A stretch of DNA of 63,937 nucleotides, the filler included, from Saprolegnia diclina VS20 (taxonomy: Eukaryota), in the NCBI RefSeq assembly GCF_000281045.1. It is 5 parts of 5 records of this genome, joined end to end, with 100 filler letters (N's around TTAATTAATTAA, not from the genome) between each part and the next. Parts side by side here need not be neighbours in the genome. Positions count along the whole stretch, not along the records: positions 1 to 25,525 come from NW_008246265.1; positions 25,626 to 51,670 come from NW_008246266.1; 3 more parts are not named here. One strand, given 5' to 3'. Shown here one piece after another: positions 14,982 to 30,451 of this stretch. The notes beneath the pieces were generated by a model, which had not been told where the DNA came from, did not search any database, and saw nothing but the letters and a program-made list of their open reading frames with translations. The position numbers and the translations under genes are program-made. Position 1 is the first letter of the stretch. The number at the start of each line of letters is the position of its first letter.

Positions 14982-16515
<1,534 letters not shown>

Positions 16516-16893
16516 TGACGCTAGCGCTACATTCCGCCCATCAAGCTTCCTAAATACACTGTACGCTGTACAACTGTCTTGCCTTCTACCAACAAGGTGG
16601 GCACCACAAGCATCGGTGGATCGCTCGTGTACGCAGGAAGTTCCGTGTCCAACCGTGGCACGACAAACTAGTAACATCGAGGAGGACCCTAACCCTGCAC
16701 CGTCATCGTGAGAGGGGGAGGAAGAAGAGGGAGCTTCCTTCATGCATTAGGCTTGCAACTTCGGTGGTTGCGAATGAAGACGGGGACCGGAAGTGGCCGC
16801 CCAGTCGTTGCGCCAATGACGACGCTCTCTGCAAAGAAAGCAATAGGCTAATATCAAAACGACGGACCGTCATCGTACAATACTCGTATGAGA

Positions 16894-19800
16894 CTATCGC
16901 AATTGGTGCTGGAGCGCGGCCACTTGTCGCTCGAGACGCTGTTTGCTGCGGATCGCGTCGCTGTACTTGAACTTGAGGTCCTCAATCTCTTCGAAAAAGT
17001 CTAAGTCGAACGCCGAGAGCTCGTCCGAGAGCTTGGCGTTCTCTTCCAAGAGCTGCGCGTTGTGCTGCTCGAGCGACCGCACCAACTCGTCGTTGCCTAC
17101 TCTACGATCAGCTCTCATGTCTCACTGGCTACGTACTGGGTTGGCGCGCAAGCGCGTCGAGACGGCGGTCCTTCTCGTCCAGCGCGTTTCGCAGCGCGCT
17201 CTCGTCGTCTCGGAGCGTCTTCCATTTGCCGTGGAGCGTCCGGTACTTGCGCTGCAGCTCGGCGCTCTCGGCACTGAGCCGCGCAATCTCGTGGCTTTTT
17301 TGGTCGAGCTGCGTCTGCAGCGTCGACACCAGCGCGTCAGGTGTCTTGGTGGCCGATGGCTTTGCTGGCTTGAGACGGCGAAGACGGTCGTTCTCGGTCC
17401 GGAGCTTCTCCATCGCCCGCTTCATGTTTTCGATCACATCTTCGAGGGCGGCGACGTCCGCTCGGCTCTTGTTGGTCGTCGTCGGTGTCTACGCACGTTC
17501 GAGCGACCGAATATGAGCCAATGACAACGTACGCGGGCAGGGGATGGCGTCATGGGCGGCGTCCGATTTGGTGCACGCCGCAGCCGCGCGAGCTCCAAGC
17601 TCAGACTCTCGACTTGGAACGAGAGTTCGAGGAGCTGCGTGTCCTTCTCCAAGAGTGCTTTTGCCGCGTCGCTCGCGTCGTCGGGCAATTGCAGCGCCTG
17701 GCGCGAAGTGAGAACTTGCGCTTGAAGTTCGCGAATGCGCTCGTGGCAGCTCTCAAGCTCGCGTTCTTGGTCGAGCGATATCTTGGGAATGCTGTGTGGC
17801 AGTGGCGCGGCCCGCACTTGCATCAACTAGGCCAACTCAACCCAATGCCACATCGGGTTGGCGTACCTGCTCGGCTTGGGTCGAGAGCTGACTCTGCGCG
17901 CGCGTCCATTGCTCCTTCAAGCGGTGGCATTGCGTGGTGAGCGTATCGACCTCGGCCTTCTTCTCTTCGAGGCGAGTCGTGAGCACTTCGACCCGGCGCT
18001 TCATGCGTTTTTCGTTCTCCCACTGCTTGCGCGTCGTCTCGTCATTGTTGTTGTTGTTGTTGTGACTGGTAGTGGCATTGGGGGGCGCCATCGTAACGAC
18101 CGGCGTCGCTTCCCGCAGCGCTGCGTTTTGGGCTTCGAGGACTTTGATCTTCTTTTGCAGCTCGAGAAGCTGGTCGTCTTGGGCCGCGTACGTCCCGAGC
18201 TTGGCTTTGCAGCGCTGCAGCTCATCCCGGAGCGTCGCCAGCGCTTGTTTCATGTCGTCGGTCGGTCGTGCGAGCTGCTTTTGGGCGATCGCTTGGGCGC
18301 GCTTGGCCTTGGACGTCATCGTCGCTAGCTCAGCGGTCGTCGCTTGCAGCTTTTCTTGAAGCATTTGCGTCTTGGCCGCTAGCTTCGTGTTGGCGTCTTG
18401 CAGTGCGGAGACGCGGTCGTCGTCCCGCTCGTGTCGCTTGGAGGTTGCGCGAACAATCTCTTCGGCCTGCGCCTCCTGCGCTTTGAGAAACTCTTCCTTG
18501 AGCTTGATGATCGCGTCTCGGAGGAGACCCATCTTGCGCTCTTTGCTACCGATTTCGTGCCGAAGATGGGCAAGCTGCGTCGTCTTCTCGCGCTCCATCT
18601 CGTCAAAGTCGCTCGACAGCGCCGCGTGGAGGGCCTTGAGCGCCGCAATCTCCTCGAGCGCTTCGCCGGCGCGGGCTTCGGCCACGTGGCGCTGGTTGAG
18701 CAGCGTCTCGACCTTGTGCTGGAGCTCCGAAATGATGTTTCTCTTGAGCTCGAGCTCCATATGGACTTGCTTAAGCTGCTCCAGAAGCCCTTCGTGCATC
18801 TCGCGCGCCGCCACAACCGCACGGCCGCCACCCTAGTCCAATCTCTCTAAAATGGACAAGGTTTGTCCAGAACTACCGTTTCCTCAAGGTGCCGAATCTT
18901 CTCGGTGGCTTCTTTGAGCTGCGTAATGTGCAAATGGTTGTCTTCGTAGAGCCGGCGGTTCTGGCGCTCGACTTCCTCCTGCACATCGGACGCGCGCTTG
19001 TCCATTGCTGCGCGCATCGCTTCAAATTTTGCTTGGTACTCTTCGATGCGCGTGTTCTTGTCCGCGACGAGCGCCTTCAAGCTTGCAATCGTCGCCTGCG
19101 CGGCTTGCTGCAGATCGGCTTGGTCCTTTTCATAGTACCTACAGAGGACTTTAACTTGGAACATTGATAGATTTCGCACGTACCCGACTTTGGAGCGCAT
19201 GGATGGCGAACTCGGCGCGGTGCCCAATGGTGCGACTGTCGTAAGCGGTGCGACGTGCTTTTGCTGAAGCTCCATGATCAAGCTCTCGACGCGCAATTCG
19301 AGTTGGCGAATCTTGTGGTCGCGCTCTGTCACCTCCTTGCTCGTCGTCTGCATGCGTTTCTGAACCTTGTCCATCTCAAACAAGGTCGCGTCCAGCTGCG
19401 CCTGGAGTGCTTGCTTCTCTTGTACGAGCCGCTCGGAGGGAAGCATCGCGGTCGAGGCCTTGGCAGCATCCTCGAGCTGGGCCAACAGCAGCCTACATCT
19501 TCGTGGAGCAGGAGATACACGTCAAAAGCACGTACGTTTCTCGCTGCTCGAGGACTTGGACGCGGTATTTCAGTCGCTCGACGAGGTGGATGTCGGCGCC
19601 CAGAACGCCCGGCCCGACGACCGCGTCGTGCTCCGATTCGAGCTCTTCGATGCGCCGCTCGAGCTGGCGGTTCTTGACGTGGACAGCAGCGAGGTCGTCG
19701 TCAAGTGCTTCGAGGCGCGATGCCATTGCATCCAAGCGTTTGATCTTGGCGACCACGTCCGACGCTTGCAAATGGGCAACCGTCGACTCGAGAACCGCAA

Positions 19801-22800
19801 TGCGCTGACGCTGCGTCTCGAGCTGCCCCGCGTAATGATTCGACGTGTGTTCGAGCTGCATCGACAGCGTATTGATCTGGAGCTGGGCCGCGCGCTGGGC
19901 CTCCACCGCTTGCTCGTACCTAGTACATTTCGCGTGAGCCTTCTGACAAGCAACTCAGAAAGGGATGTGCACCGATCCGCAAAGGCTTGGTAATTAGCCT
20001 TGATGCCGACGATCTTTTGCTGCAGCTGCCCGATGATAGCGTCATCGTCGGAGCGCGCGCTGAGCTCGTGAAGCCTTGCTTCAAGCGCATCGATTTCGTC
20101 TCGGCGCCGCGTCTGACGCAGCGCGAGCGTGTTGGCCTGTGACGCAGCCAGCGTCGCCACCTCCTTTTGTTTGTGCACCTATTTTCATATACATTCATAG
20201 ATACATCCTCCTACGAGACTCTACCTGACGCTCCAACGACCCGCAGAGCTGCTCGAGCTCGGCAATGCGCTGCTCGTAGACGTCGTGGACGTTGGTGCCA
20301 GACGGTGCTGGCTCGGGCGTCGTCTCGGGCAAGCCTGCTTCGAGCTCCTTGAGGCGCGCCAGCTGCGACTGCACTTGAACTTCAAGCGCTTGGATACGTT
20401 CGTTCTGCAGCTTGTCGATCGACTCGCCGTTCAGGCGCGCGAGAAGCTGTGCGTTTTGATGCAGCAGCGCTGCGTGCTGCGCTGGCAAATCGAGCGTCGC
20501 GAGGTAGTGCGCGTGGCGGTCCGTGTACTTTTCCAAGAGCGCTGCGTGCTTGGTCTGGAGTCGCTGGAGCTCGGCGAGGACGCCGTCGTAATGGCGCTTG
20601 AGCACACTCTTGGTCAGTGCCGTCTCCATGTGCTGAAGCCGACCCATCGCGCCTATGAATAGTATCAATGTATCAAGCATATTTGAGGTCATCGTACCCT
20701 CGCGCCACGCCTCGAGGTACTGGATGCGCACCTTGAGCGTCTTCTCGAGGGAGAGGAGGTCGTCATCGGCAGCAACGCGGCGTGTAAACTCCGTCTGCTT
20801 CTCTTCCCGCACCAAGTTGAATTCGCGGGCGAGCCGCGCTTGGTTGACTTCGAAAATGGCCACTTGCCGCGTGAGCGACACGACCGTCTGCTGCACCTCG
20901 CCTTCCTTCTCGAAACTCTGCAACATGAGCTCGTACCTACGACCCTTTGTGCCTTGTGCAGCACAAGCCAAGGAGTACCGATTCAGCTTGATGGACGCTT
21001 CGTCGACGTTGGCCGTCATGGTTGCAAGCTGCGCTTCCAGCGACGCCCGGCGCTCGGCGAACGTTTGCTGTAGCGCAATGTGCTCGCTACACAAAGCATA
21101 TACGACATGTAAGGAGGCGACAATGCGGTGAATGTACCGGTAGAGCACCGTGTGGTTGTCTTGGACGCTGGTCAAAAGGCCTTCGAACGCCTCGAGCTTG
21201 CTGCGGAGGCTGTGGTTCTCGAGCGTCACGTGTGTGAGTTCGTCCAAGCACGTATCCAGCTCGATCGCCCACTGCGTCTGCTCTTCCATCTCGTCCTGCG
21301 TCTCGAGAACCACGTGGCACAGTCCCTTCTTCTCCGGCGTTGCTGCCTCCTTGTGCGTTGGACGATGCAAGCCGCGGGCTTCGAGCGCCTTGGAGACAGC
21401 GGCGGCAATCTCGTCGGCCGACGGCGGTAGCTCTTGCAGCACGACGCTTGCGGGCGACAAGAGACCCGACGTGTGGACGCTGGCGTGCTTGGTGAGTCGT
21501 GGAGGCTCCAACACAGTCTCGTCTTGCGTCGGCGGCGGCGCACTCATGTCGCCGTCAAGGTCCCCAAACTGCATGCTCTCGTCGCTACTCTCGTCGTCGG
21601 ACGCGACTGCTGCCTCGCGCATGACCTATACAGCATTGGTATCAATGTATCAAGCCAGGATCTAGAAAGCCTGCATTTGCATTACCTGCATGTGTTCGCG
21701 CATATGGCTTTGCAGGGCCTCGGTCGCACGCCACACTTCGTCTTTGACGGTGGTCGCCCACTCAGGCGGATTGTCTGCGGGTGCATGACTCGACGCGGCG
21801 ACGACCGCCGAGAGCCGAGCGACGTCGGCTTGCAGCTGCGTGTTGGCGTCGTACAGCTTGCGTAGCTCTGCGCTCGGGTCTTTCGCCGGCGACGACGGAC
21901 GCGGCGGCACTGCGTCGTCGACCGTGTCGCCGTTTTGCAGCCGGTAAATGAGCTGTTGGACTTGATCGTACTGCGCACTGGTCAGTCCGTGCTGCGCAAA
22001 GAGGTGGGCTCCCGTCTTCTTGGCTTGGTCTTTGAGCTTGGTGAGAAGCGTAACACGTTCATCTTCCAGAGCGGTCACTTGGGCTTCGAGCTGGTGGATG
22101 AGCGCGAGGTTGCCTTGAACGCTCGTCTCCAGAACCAGATCTGGGTACTCGAACTCGTCTGGCTTGCCCGCGTCACCTACGCAGATGTATAAAGATAGGG
22201 TCTACAGACACAGGAACGGTCGCACGTTTGAGCCGGGCAAACGCAGCTTGGAGCTTGGAGATGGCGTCCTTGTGGCGACTGAGCTCGACGCGCAGCGCCG
22301 CATTCGCGCTCTCTTGCGCGGTCAAGTCACTTCGGAGCTTCTTCTGGTGCCGAACGACGTCGGTCAAGCCGGCCTTGGCTTCGTATTTGGCATTCCACGC
22401 CTCGGCTTCCCGGCACTGCGACTCGATCGCGACACAGCGCGCCTCCATGTCGGTGAGGAGCCCGCGCTGTTCCTTGACACGAGCTTTCCAGACGTCGACG
22501 TCACGAAGCGCGTCCTGCGTCTGCTGCCGCTGGCTCTGCACCGTCGCCTCGAGCTGCTTGATCGTGTCTTTTGGCACAAAACTCTCGGCCATTGTGCTCA
22601 AATCGACATTCTTTTGAGAAATTTTGGCTTTGAGTTCGGCGATCGACGCCTTGTCCTGGAGTCGCATGTCTTGCAGCACGAGGATCTTGGCCTCGAGGTC
22701 GCTCAGCGCAGCATCCTTGGCATCGTTCGTCGTCGATGCTGTCGTCGTCGCTGGCGTGCTCGCCTGGTTACCGGATATAGAGTGAGGAGACATGGGGCCG

Positions 22801-23600
22801 TTGCAACGCACCTCGAGTTCGCGCACCCGCAGCTTCCACTGTTCGAGTTCAGCGTGCAATCCACGCCGCTCGGCGTCAAATTTGGTTTTGAAGTCCGCGA
22901 TCATCGCGTCCACGTGCGCTTCGGCCGCGTCCATCTCGAGGATCTTGCGCTCGAGGCCTTGCTTCTCGGCGTCGTGGGACTCGCTCTTGAGGAGGAGCTC
23001 CGTCACCGCCGATGTACGGTCGTCGAGCGCACTAGAGAGTGCCACCTTCTCGTCGTCGGCGACCTGCAGCTTCGCCTCGGCGTCCAAAGCGACACGCGAG
23101 AGCTTCTCGACAGCGGTGCGGAGCTCGTTGTTGTCGTCTCGCAGCTGTTCGTTCTCGCGAAGGGCCGCGTAGAGCTCGTCACGTCGGCCGTCGCGGTCGT
23201 GCTTGAGGCGCGCGAGCTCGTCGGCTTGCGGAGCACTTGGCTTGGCCACGAGGGTCGCGGCCAGTTGGGCATGGGACGCATCGAGCTTTGCTAGCTGGTC
23301 CGCAAGCGCCGCTTCACGCGCGAGCGACGCATCGAGATTGGCTTGGAGTTCAGTAACCATCTGGTTCTGGGGCTCGACTTCATCTTCGGCGATCGTGGCG
23401 GCGCGGGCCGTGCGCGGGGTTTGGACCTGCTCGCGCAGGTCGGCGTTCATGGTCTGCAGCGTGGCCACTTGCTGGCTCAGCGACGCCGAGTGCTCATGGA
23501 GCTTGTCGTTCTCGAGCTGAAGCTCTTCCACGTCGCGGCGAAGATGTTCGAGCTCCTTCTGGACCGCCGAGCAGTCGGCCCGCGGACAGGGCGATGCCAT
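16894..23600 (-). CDS. CEP290: CEP290-like centrosomal/ciliary transition-zone coiled-coil protein (multi-exon)
   Basis: Long run of coiled-coil minus ORFs. C-terminal ELSAFDLDFFEEIEDLKFKY and internal SDDDAIIGQLQQKIV resemble conserved CEP290 segments, consistent with a zoospore-forming organism. Confidence 0.82.
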
Positions 23601-24720
23601 CGGTCGGTAATATCTTGGACAGCTCCTCTCGTCAATTGGCTGAAAAGGCCGCCGAAAAGACACGCATTTGCACCAATGGCATGGCGCATCGCCATCAGGA
23701 TGCGAGGTGAAACTAGGAAGTATGTCCTAAATAGGACTATTTTTCTATACATTTAGGTAATATCCTTGTTTTCGCGACACAGTCCATGTTCGTACCGGAC
23801 TGCACCGTGCCAAGGGACACCAACGAGGGACGCCCTCAACGTTGGGCGCACTGGGCACAGCTCATGGGCGCACTGCGGGTGGTCGCATCATTCTTCAATT
23901 TGACGTCTTGTAGCCAGGACCCACTCGCCTCAGACGGCCAAGGTCACCAAAGCCGTTGATGAGCTTTACCACGAGCTCTTGAAGCAGCTCGCGATTGCCG
24001 AGGTGAAGCTCGCAGCCGCAAAAGTGATGGAACAGATCCAGCCCGACCAGAAGAAGGCCGCCATGCAACGGGTCGCCGATCTTGAGCACCAGCTGAAGAC
24101 CGCCGAGGAAGAGATGGACCAGCTTCGCCGCCAACTCAGTTGGCCGGTGGTGGTGTGCGACTTATTGACTCGGGTCTGCAGTGGTTGAGACGTGCGCATC
24201 CTTCAAGGCTGTGATCGCGCTTGCAGGTCCCAAGGCGTTTGAGCTACTCCGACAGGACTCCATGGAAGAGCCCTCGATTCTCATCCGCAACAACACAACC
24301 CGTTCAATGGGTTTGCGAATGGCGGCTCCGAGAACGTCGCTTCAGCCGGCCGTTCCAAGCGCCCGCGCGACCAAGACGACGACACAATGGCACTCCGTCG
24401 CCGCGCCAAGCACGCATTTAGGGTTGGACGTGTATCCCTAGCTTCTTACGGCGAACTTGCATACGTGTTGCATCCAAAATGTTGGCAAGCCAACAAATTT
24501 CAACTGTTTTCGCCGCTAATTGGTTGAAAAGGATTCCTCGCGAGCTCGTATTCGTCAAAATGTGACCAATCACCGCTGCTGCCCGCAGAGCCATCTCACA
24601 TCGTCACATCACGACTGCCCTTTTTGCGCCTTTCAATCCATTGATCTTAGTTTGTCATGGCGCACTCGTATCCTCGGTACGACCCCTAGCCCTAGGCGGG
24701 GTAGGGTTCATGGGTTCTAG

Positions 24721-25224
24721 GTGGAAGTGCGCTATGACGTGCAGTTGGATGTCCCGACGCAGACACAGAGCCGTGTGACGAGCTCCGTCGGTGTTGTGTG
24801 GACCCACAGTAGCAAGTTCCAAGCTGGCGTCGACGCAACTGTCGCGGCGGCGGTCCCGGCGGCCATGACCAAACTCCTTGGTTGCATCAAAGCCAATCAG
24901 CACGAAGTCGATGACGCCCGCGAGATCCAAAGGCTTCCGCCCCGAGACGACCCCACGACCGCGCTCGTCAAAGCCATCGTGGCCGCCTTGGCGACCGAGC
25001 TAATAACTTTTTCATTACAGAATGTTGTTGTTTTATCGAAGAGTGCTATAGCAACAGTCTTGTGCGACTGGATCGCAAGGCAGGAGCTCAAGGCAGGGCG
25101 AACGGTGTGTTGTAGAAAGGCCATCATTGTACTCGGCGTTTCTGTCATTTGCCGAGCGCTTGGATGCGTTGTTGTAGACTGCGAGAATGGGGAGAGCATT
25201 AACAATGTGAGATTTTGGTATTGA
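24721..25224 (+). other. Possible hypothetical ORF or relic
   Basis: 167-codon ORF with a non-ATG start and no recognised motif. Confidence 0.2.
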
Positions 25225-25525
25225 CTGAATTAACGCAACTTTAGTGTTTGAAACGACTCTAAAAACACTCAACGCAAAGTATACTCAAACTAAGATAAAT
25301 GAAACACGCGATTCTGCTCCTGCGTCGATGCTCGCAGGTCGGGTCGGCTTGAAGACCAGGGGTCCGAGGTGCCTTCGGGCATCTTTTGCTTTAGCTCAGC
25401 GACTGTGGCCATGGCGCAGGCGCTCAAGGTCGGGCGCTACTTGAGTGCTAACCCGTCGGCCACGATCGAGGACCTCGCACGCTTCGTGCTCACGGACGAC
25501 AAGCTGCCAACGGAGACGGTCATGA

Positions 25526-25625
25526 NNNNNNNNNNNNNNNNNNNNNNNNNNNNNNNNNNNNNNNNNNNNTTAATTAATTAANNNNNNNNNNNNNNNNNNN
25601 NNNNNNNNNNNNNNNNNNNNNNNNN
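25526..25625. other. Assembly spacer N-TTAATTAATTAA-N
   Basis: Six-frame-stop linker inside Ns, 100 bp in total. Confidence 0.95.
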
Positions 25626-25764
25626 TCCATTCGGCTGGCCGGCAACATGCCATCGCCGGTTCTCGCTCGCATGCGGGTAGGGTTCGGCAAATCGGTCCCT
25701 GCAGAGCACAGTTGGATCATCGCCATAGCCATTACTGTACAACCAAAGAAGGTACAACATGCAT

Positions 25765-27548
25765 TTAGATGCACCACAGAGTTGGCTCGGGTGGCGTGCG
25801 GAGCTCAAAGCTGCTGTCCAAGCTCGGACCGATGGCAATATTCTTGGACGTTGCTGGATGCAGCTCGTGGACGACGAAGTCGGTGGCTTCGTTCGAGCGC
25901 GGCAGCTTCGCGACGTCGACGTTGGTGAGAAGACTCAGCCGCAAGCGCTCGTGGAGCTTGCCATTGAGGTAGCAGACCAAGAAGCAGTCGGTGCCGCGCA
26001 AGCTAATGGTCGGACACCGCTTGAGCTGCGGCGCGGTCTCCAGGAGGTGGTAGATGAACCCGCCGCGCGGTGGCAGCTGCGGGACACGGCGCAGCACTGA
26101 TGCAAAGCGCAAAACGAAAGCGCTCTTCAAGTTGTTGAACGCACTTGCGCTGTAGTCGACGTCACGGCGCTGACGACAGTGCGTGCATCCTATGATATCT
26201 GTGGCATCAGGTGTCGACAGCGTCGGGACGATTGCCTGCTACGACGCCATAGATCAGAGGCGCACTGAGCGTCAGCAGCGTAATGAAGATGCACATCAAG
26301 GCGGCTTCTTGTCGTTGACGCTCGTGTGGTGTGAGGCAGTAGAAGAGCCACTGGGAAACCCGCACAAAGATCAAGACATGCCCGTTCATATAGGCCATGA
26401 TGGGGCCATAGAGGGCCACCGCAATCGCAATCAGAGCCGGGTCGACTTCGGAAAAGCGGTGCTCTTTTCGAAGAGCTTTGAGCCCGAGCGAGACGAGGCA
26501 GAGGCCCCAGTACGCAAACCAGACCTATGCGACAAAGAAGTGCAGCCACGAGCCAGAACTCGACGTACCGAGCGCGCCAGATACATCATACCAAGCAGCA
26601 GAGACATGGGGTTGGTGCTATCCTGGACTTGCATTTCTGCAGCCCCAAAACTCATGACGCTCAACCAGATGTCGAGGTAGTAGTGTGGCGACCACCGGAT
26701 CCAGCAGCACAATGGCGGTTGGGTCACCATACACGAGCTCATACGTCCAGGTGCCCGATGGCATGACCACGCGGTGGCCACATCGGCGTACGAGAGATTC
26801 GAGCTGCGCGCAATGGCGATAGTAGCGAGACCAGAGCCGCGACCAGACAAAGAGCGTCGTCCCAATGCGATAGATAAACATGTACCAGACGATCTCGGGA
26901 TCACGAATCGCTTCGCTTACAAAGTACAGCGTGGTCAAGGTCGCATCCTTCTCCATGTTCGCATATGGAGAAGAGATGGCATCACCAGGCACGAGCCAGA
27001 GACACGAACGGCCAAACATAAAGGAGCACAGGTGCGAAGCATAGCACGAACCTCGGGCGTCGCTCGTTGCATTGCTTGTGAAGGTGCTGCACAGCAACTC
27101 GACTTGCGGCTCGGAATAGTACATGAGTCCTGGTAGTCCGAGAAGTAACTTGGAGAGACAAGCGTTCGTGTCCATTGGCGGCTGGTGCAAACGCAGGAGT
27201 GTGCGGGTCACTTGGGTGTTCTTGGCCGCATCCGCGACGTAGATCACTCCCGTCGGCAGTGTTGCGTTGGAGTAGCGTCGCTGGTTTGTGGCCAAGTAGA
27301 CAGTGTTGAACTCGGTGTAGTTGGCATACGTCTCTGGCGTACTGAAGAAGCCCCGCCACGGCAGGTACTCGGAGAGGTACGCGGCCAGTGGCTACAAGTT
27401 GCATCAGGACACGCAATACCGGTCGCAAACCAACCATCGACGAGGCGTTGAAGAGCGATAAGATGCTGATGGCTAACGCAAAGCGGTGGCGACGCAGACG
27501 GTAGTCGCGCCGTTGTGTCTGTGCGTCGGCGATCTTGGCGCGTCGCAT
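25765..27548 (-). pseudogene. Oomycete multi-pass membrane protein family member with an apparent frameshift near 26685
   Basis: Segments include FALAISILSLFNASSM, GTWTYELVYGDPTAIVLLDP, YYLDIWLS..MYLARS, several hydrophobic helices and C-terminal GGFIY..PTISLRGTDCF..RLRLSLL. The frame changes between LDPVV and YYLDIW with no room for an intron. Confidence 0.55.
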
Positions 27549-28088
27549 GGCGCTGCCACGTTGTTTCTCGTGAAGGAATGGCTCGCACTCGGTCGACTAT
27601 TTTTGACCGGAACCCTAAACTCGATGGCTACGTCCAAAGATAGTAGTTGGATACTACGATCGATGCCTTGTGGATTGTTGTCAGCACTTGCGTCGTGCAC
27701 ATAAGGGTCTGTGCCATGCAACAAAAATGACTCTGGAACAATGAGATTGTGGAAGAATTTGTCCACTGAGACGTGTCTCTCCATCAAGGACGATTTGTCT
27801 AATAGCGATGCTACTCGGATCTCATCAGTATAAAAACATACAGTTGATCTCTTCCTTCGTCATGGCGTGCAAGCGACCTCTAGATAACCTCGTCGCCCAT
27901 TCCTGGGTTTCGCGGTTAGGGCAGGGTTGGGTCTAGCGGGCCAAGCAGAGATAGTCGTCTCCGTGGGTGCCCCACCACCCTCGCACCGCCCGATTTGTCA
28001 AAAGCATTCGTATACTACACGTACTTCAAACGTTGCTATCTCCACAACCACCGACGTGTCGAGCTGCTCGACAATACGACACACGACA

Positions 28089-30451
28089 CTACGCGTTGGA
28101 CGTCGCCAAGGCCATGGGTGCGACCACTTGCACGTCGATGCGCACCGACCCCACGGCGATCGTCCACGTGCCAGGTACGATCTCGGTGCTGCCGTCCATG
28201 GTAGCCAGAGCAAACGTCGACGGCGGGAGGTCGAGGTGCCAGATAAACTCGTCGCCCGGCACCAGCGACGCAACCTTGTCGAACGCAACGAGCGACTGCT
28301 TTGGCTTGTTGTCGATACCCGCGCCTGGCGGCAGCGCAAAGCACAAGAGATTCTCGTCGCCAATGAGCTCGCCGACGTTTGTGATGTGAATTGCAGCGCG
28401 CCAGGGGTCGCCGGCCACGACCACATCGCTGGCGATGCCGACATCGTACCGAAACGTCGTGTACGACAGGCCATGACCAAAAGCGTAGATGACGTCGCCG
28501 TTGTAGAAGCGGTGCGTGCGCCCGGGTGTCGTGGCCGTCGGACGCATGTTCATGTCGCTGATCGCAATTTCATCGACAAACGACGCGGGGTACAGCGTCT
28601 GGGGCAGGCGCCCCGAAGGGTTGACGGCACCAAACAGCACATCGGCGATTGCGGATCCGCCGGCTTGCCCAAGGTACCCAGCGTACACGATCGCGCCGAC
28701 GTTGCGATGCTGCTTGATTTCCGAGAGATCGACGGCCCCGCCCGTGAGCAGCACAACGACGATGGGCGACGCTGCGATAGCGACCACCGCGCGGAAGAGC
28801 GCGAGCTGGACGTCGGGCAGCCGGAGGTGCGTGCGATCCATGCCCTCGGCTTCGAGCGACTGGTTCAGACCCAGAAAGAGCACAATCTGGCGCGTCGCCT
28901 TTGCATGGGCCAGCGCCATCGCGTCGGCATCGATGCCGCCGCCATCAACCGCGCACGCCGCATGCGCATCCACGTACATTGGCGACACGAACGCTTCGAC
29001 ACCGGCGAGCGGGCTCGCGATCGAGCTCGGTATGCCTGCGTAGCTGCCAAGTAGTGCGTCAGTTGCGTTTACATGCGGGCCCAGTAGCACGAGCCGGTGG
29101 CCGGGCGTATACGTGTCAACATCCAGCGGCAGCAGCTTGGTGTTGTGCAGCAAGATAACGCTTTGCGCGGCGGCTTCGTACGCAAGCTGTCGATGCGCCG
29201 GCGTGTCAATGTCGTCGATCGTTATGTCAGTGTACGGCCGCGTGCGCGACGGCTCATACATGCCGAGTCGAAACTGCACCCGCAAGAGCTGCTTGAGTGC
29301 GCGCGTGGCGGTCTCGGGGCGCACGAGACCTTGGTTCAACGCCGATGGCAGGTGCGTCTGTAGAAAGTCACCGCAGTTGAGGTCCATGCCTGCGCGCAGC
29401 GTCGCGTCGCACGTCGCCGCGGTCGAGTTGGTAAACTTGTGGTGCGCGTAAATGTCTTCGACAGCGCCGCAGTCGGACACGACGTACCCGTCAAACCCCC
29501 ACGTCTCGCGCAAGAGATGCGTGAGGAGGCCCTTGTCGGCGCACGACGGCACGCCGTTGACGGCGTTGTAGCTGCACATGACAGAGCTCGCGCCGCCGTC
29601 GCGGACGCACGCTTCAAACGCGGGAAAGTACGTGTCGGCCGCGTCCTGGGCCGAGACATTGGCGCTGAGCGAGTGCCGGTCGACCTCTTGGCTGTAGGCG
29701 CTAAAGTGCTTGCAACACGCCGAGACCTTGAGGAAGCGCTCGGTGCCTTGCATGCCCCGGACAAACGCGGTCGCGTACGCAGCCGACACGAACGGGTCTT
29801 CGCCGGGCGTCTCTTGCCCGCGGCCCCAGCGCGGATCGCGGTAGATGTTCATGTTGGGCGCCCAGTACGTCAAGCCGCCATGGTCGACGCTGTGAAAAGC
29901 TCTACGAACAACATCAAGAGCTTCAGACGTGACGGAATACGTGGATGGAATCGGTGACCTGGCCTCGGTTGCAATGACATTGCCCATCGCATGCCATAGC
30001 GTGCGGTTGAAGGACGCAGCGACGCTGATGATCATCGGGAAGCTCGTGGCCGACGTCGTGGGTGCGGCAAATCGCACGGCCGGCGAGAGCGCCACCCCGT
30101 GCAAGCCTTCGCTCCACCAGCAATACGATGGCAGACCTACCGTCTCGTCAGGGAATGCATCGCTAGTATCGCTCCAGACCAGCGCTGGGCGACCCCGTCG
30201 AGTTGTCGCCCAAGAGCCCGGGTATCTCGAGCAGCGGGATGCGCGCCACGAGGTCGTCAACCCGCGCATCGAGGGGCAGCGTTGGGTCGCAGAACGGGTA
30301 GCTGCGCTGCGGCTCGTTGTCGCAGACCTACGCTTGCATCGCTCGCCTACCCTAGCTCGTCGCCAAGACATACGTGGTTGCTGGCGCTATGGCCTAGATG
30401 CACTGCGAGAAGGAGCGCGCCGATCGAGGCCCATGGCGTGCGTCGACCCAT
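28089..30451 (-). CDS. Secreted glycoside hydrolase family 3 beta-xylosidase / alpha-L-arabinofuranosidase
   Basis: Signal-peptide exon MGRRTPWASIGALLLAVHLGHSA, then PFCDPTL..RVDDLV, WWSEGLHG, DPRWGRGQETPGEDP, CCKHF, MCSYN, nucleophile motif VVSDCGAV, EAEGMDR and an Fn3-like C-terminus. Confidence 0.93.

Noticed and set aside
23979..24441. Short coiled-coil ORF fragments
   Set aside because: No clear start, splice model or family assignment.
25570..25581. Recurring TTAATTAATTAA palindrome (four times in the window)
   Set aside because: Always centred in a 100-bp N block, so it is an artificial scaffolding linker rather than biology.
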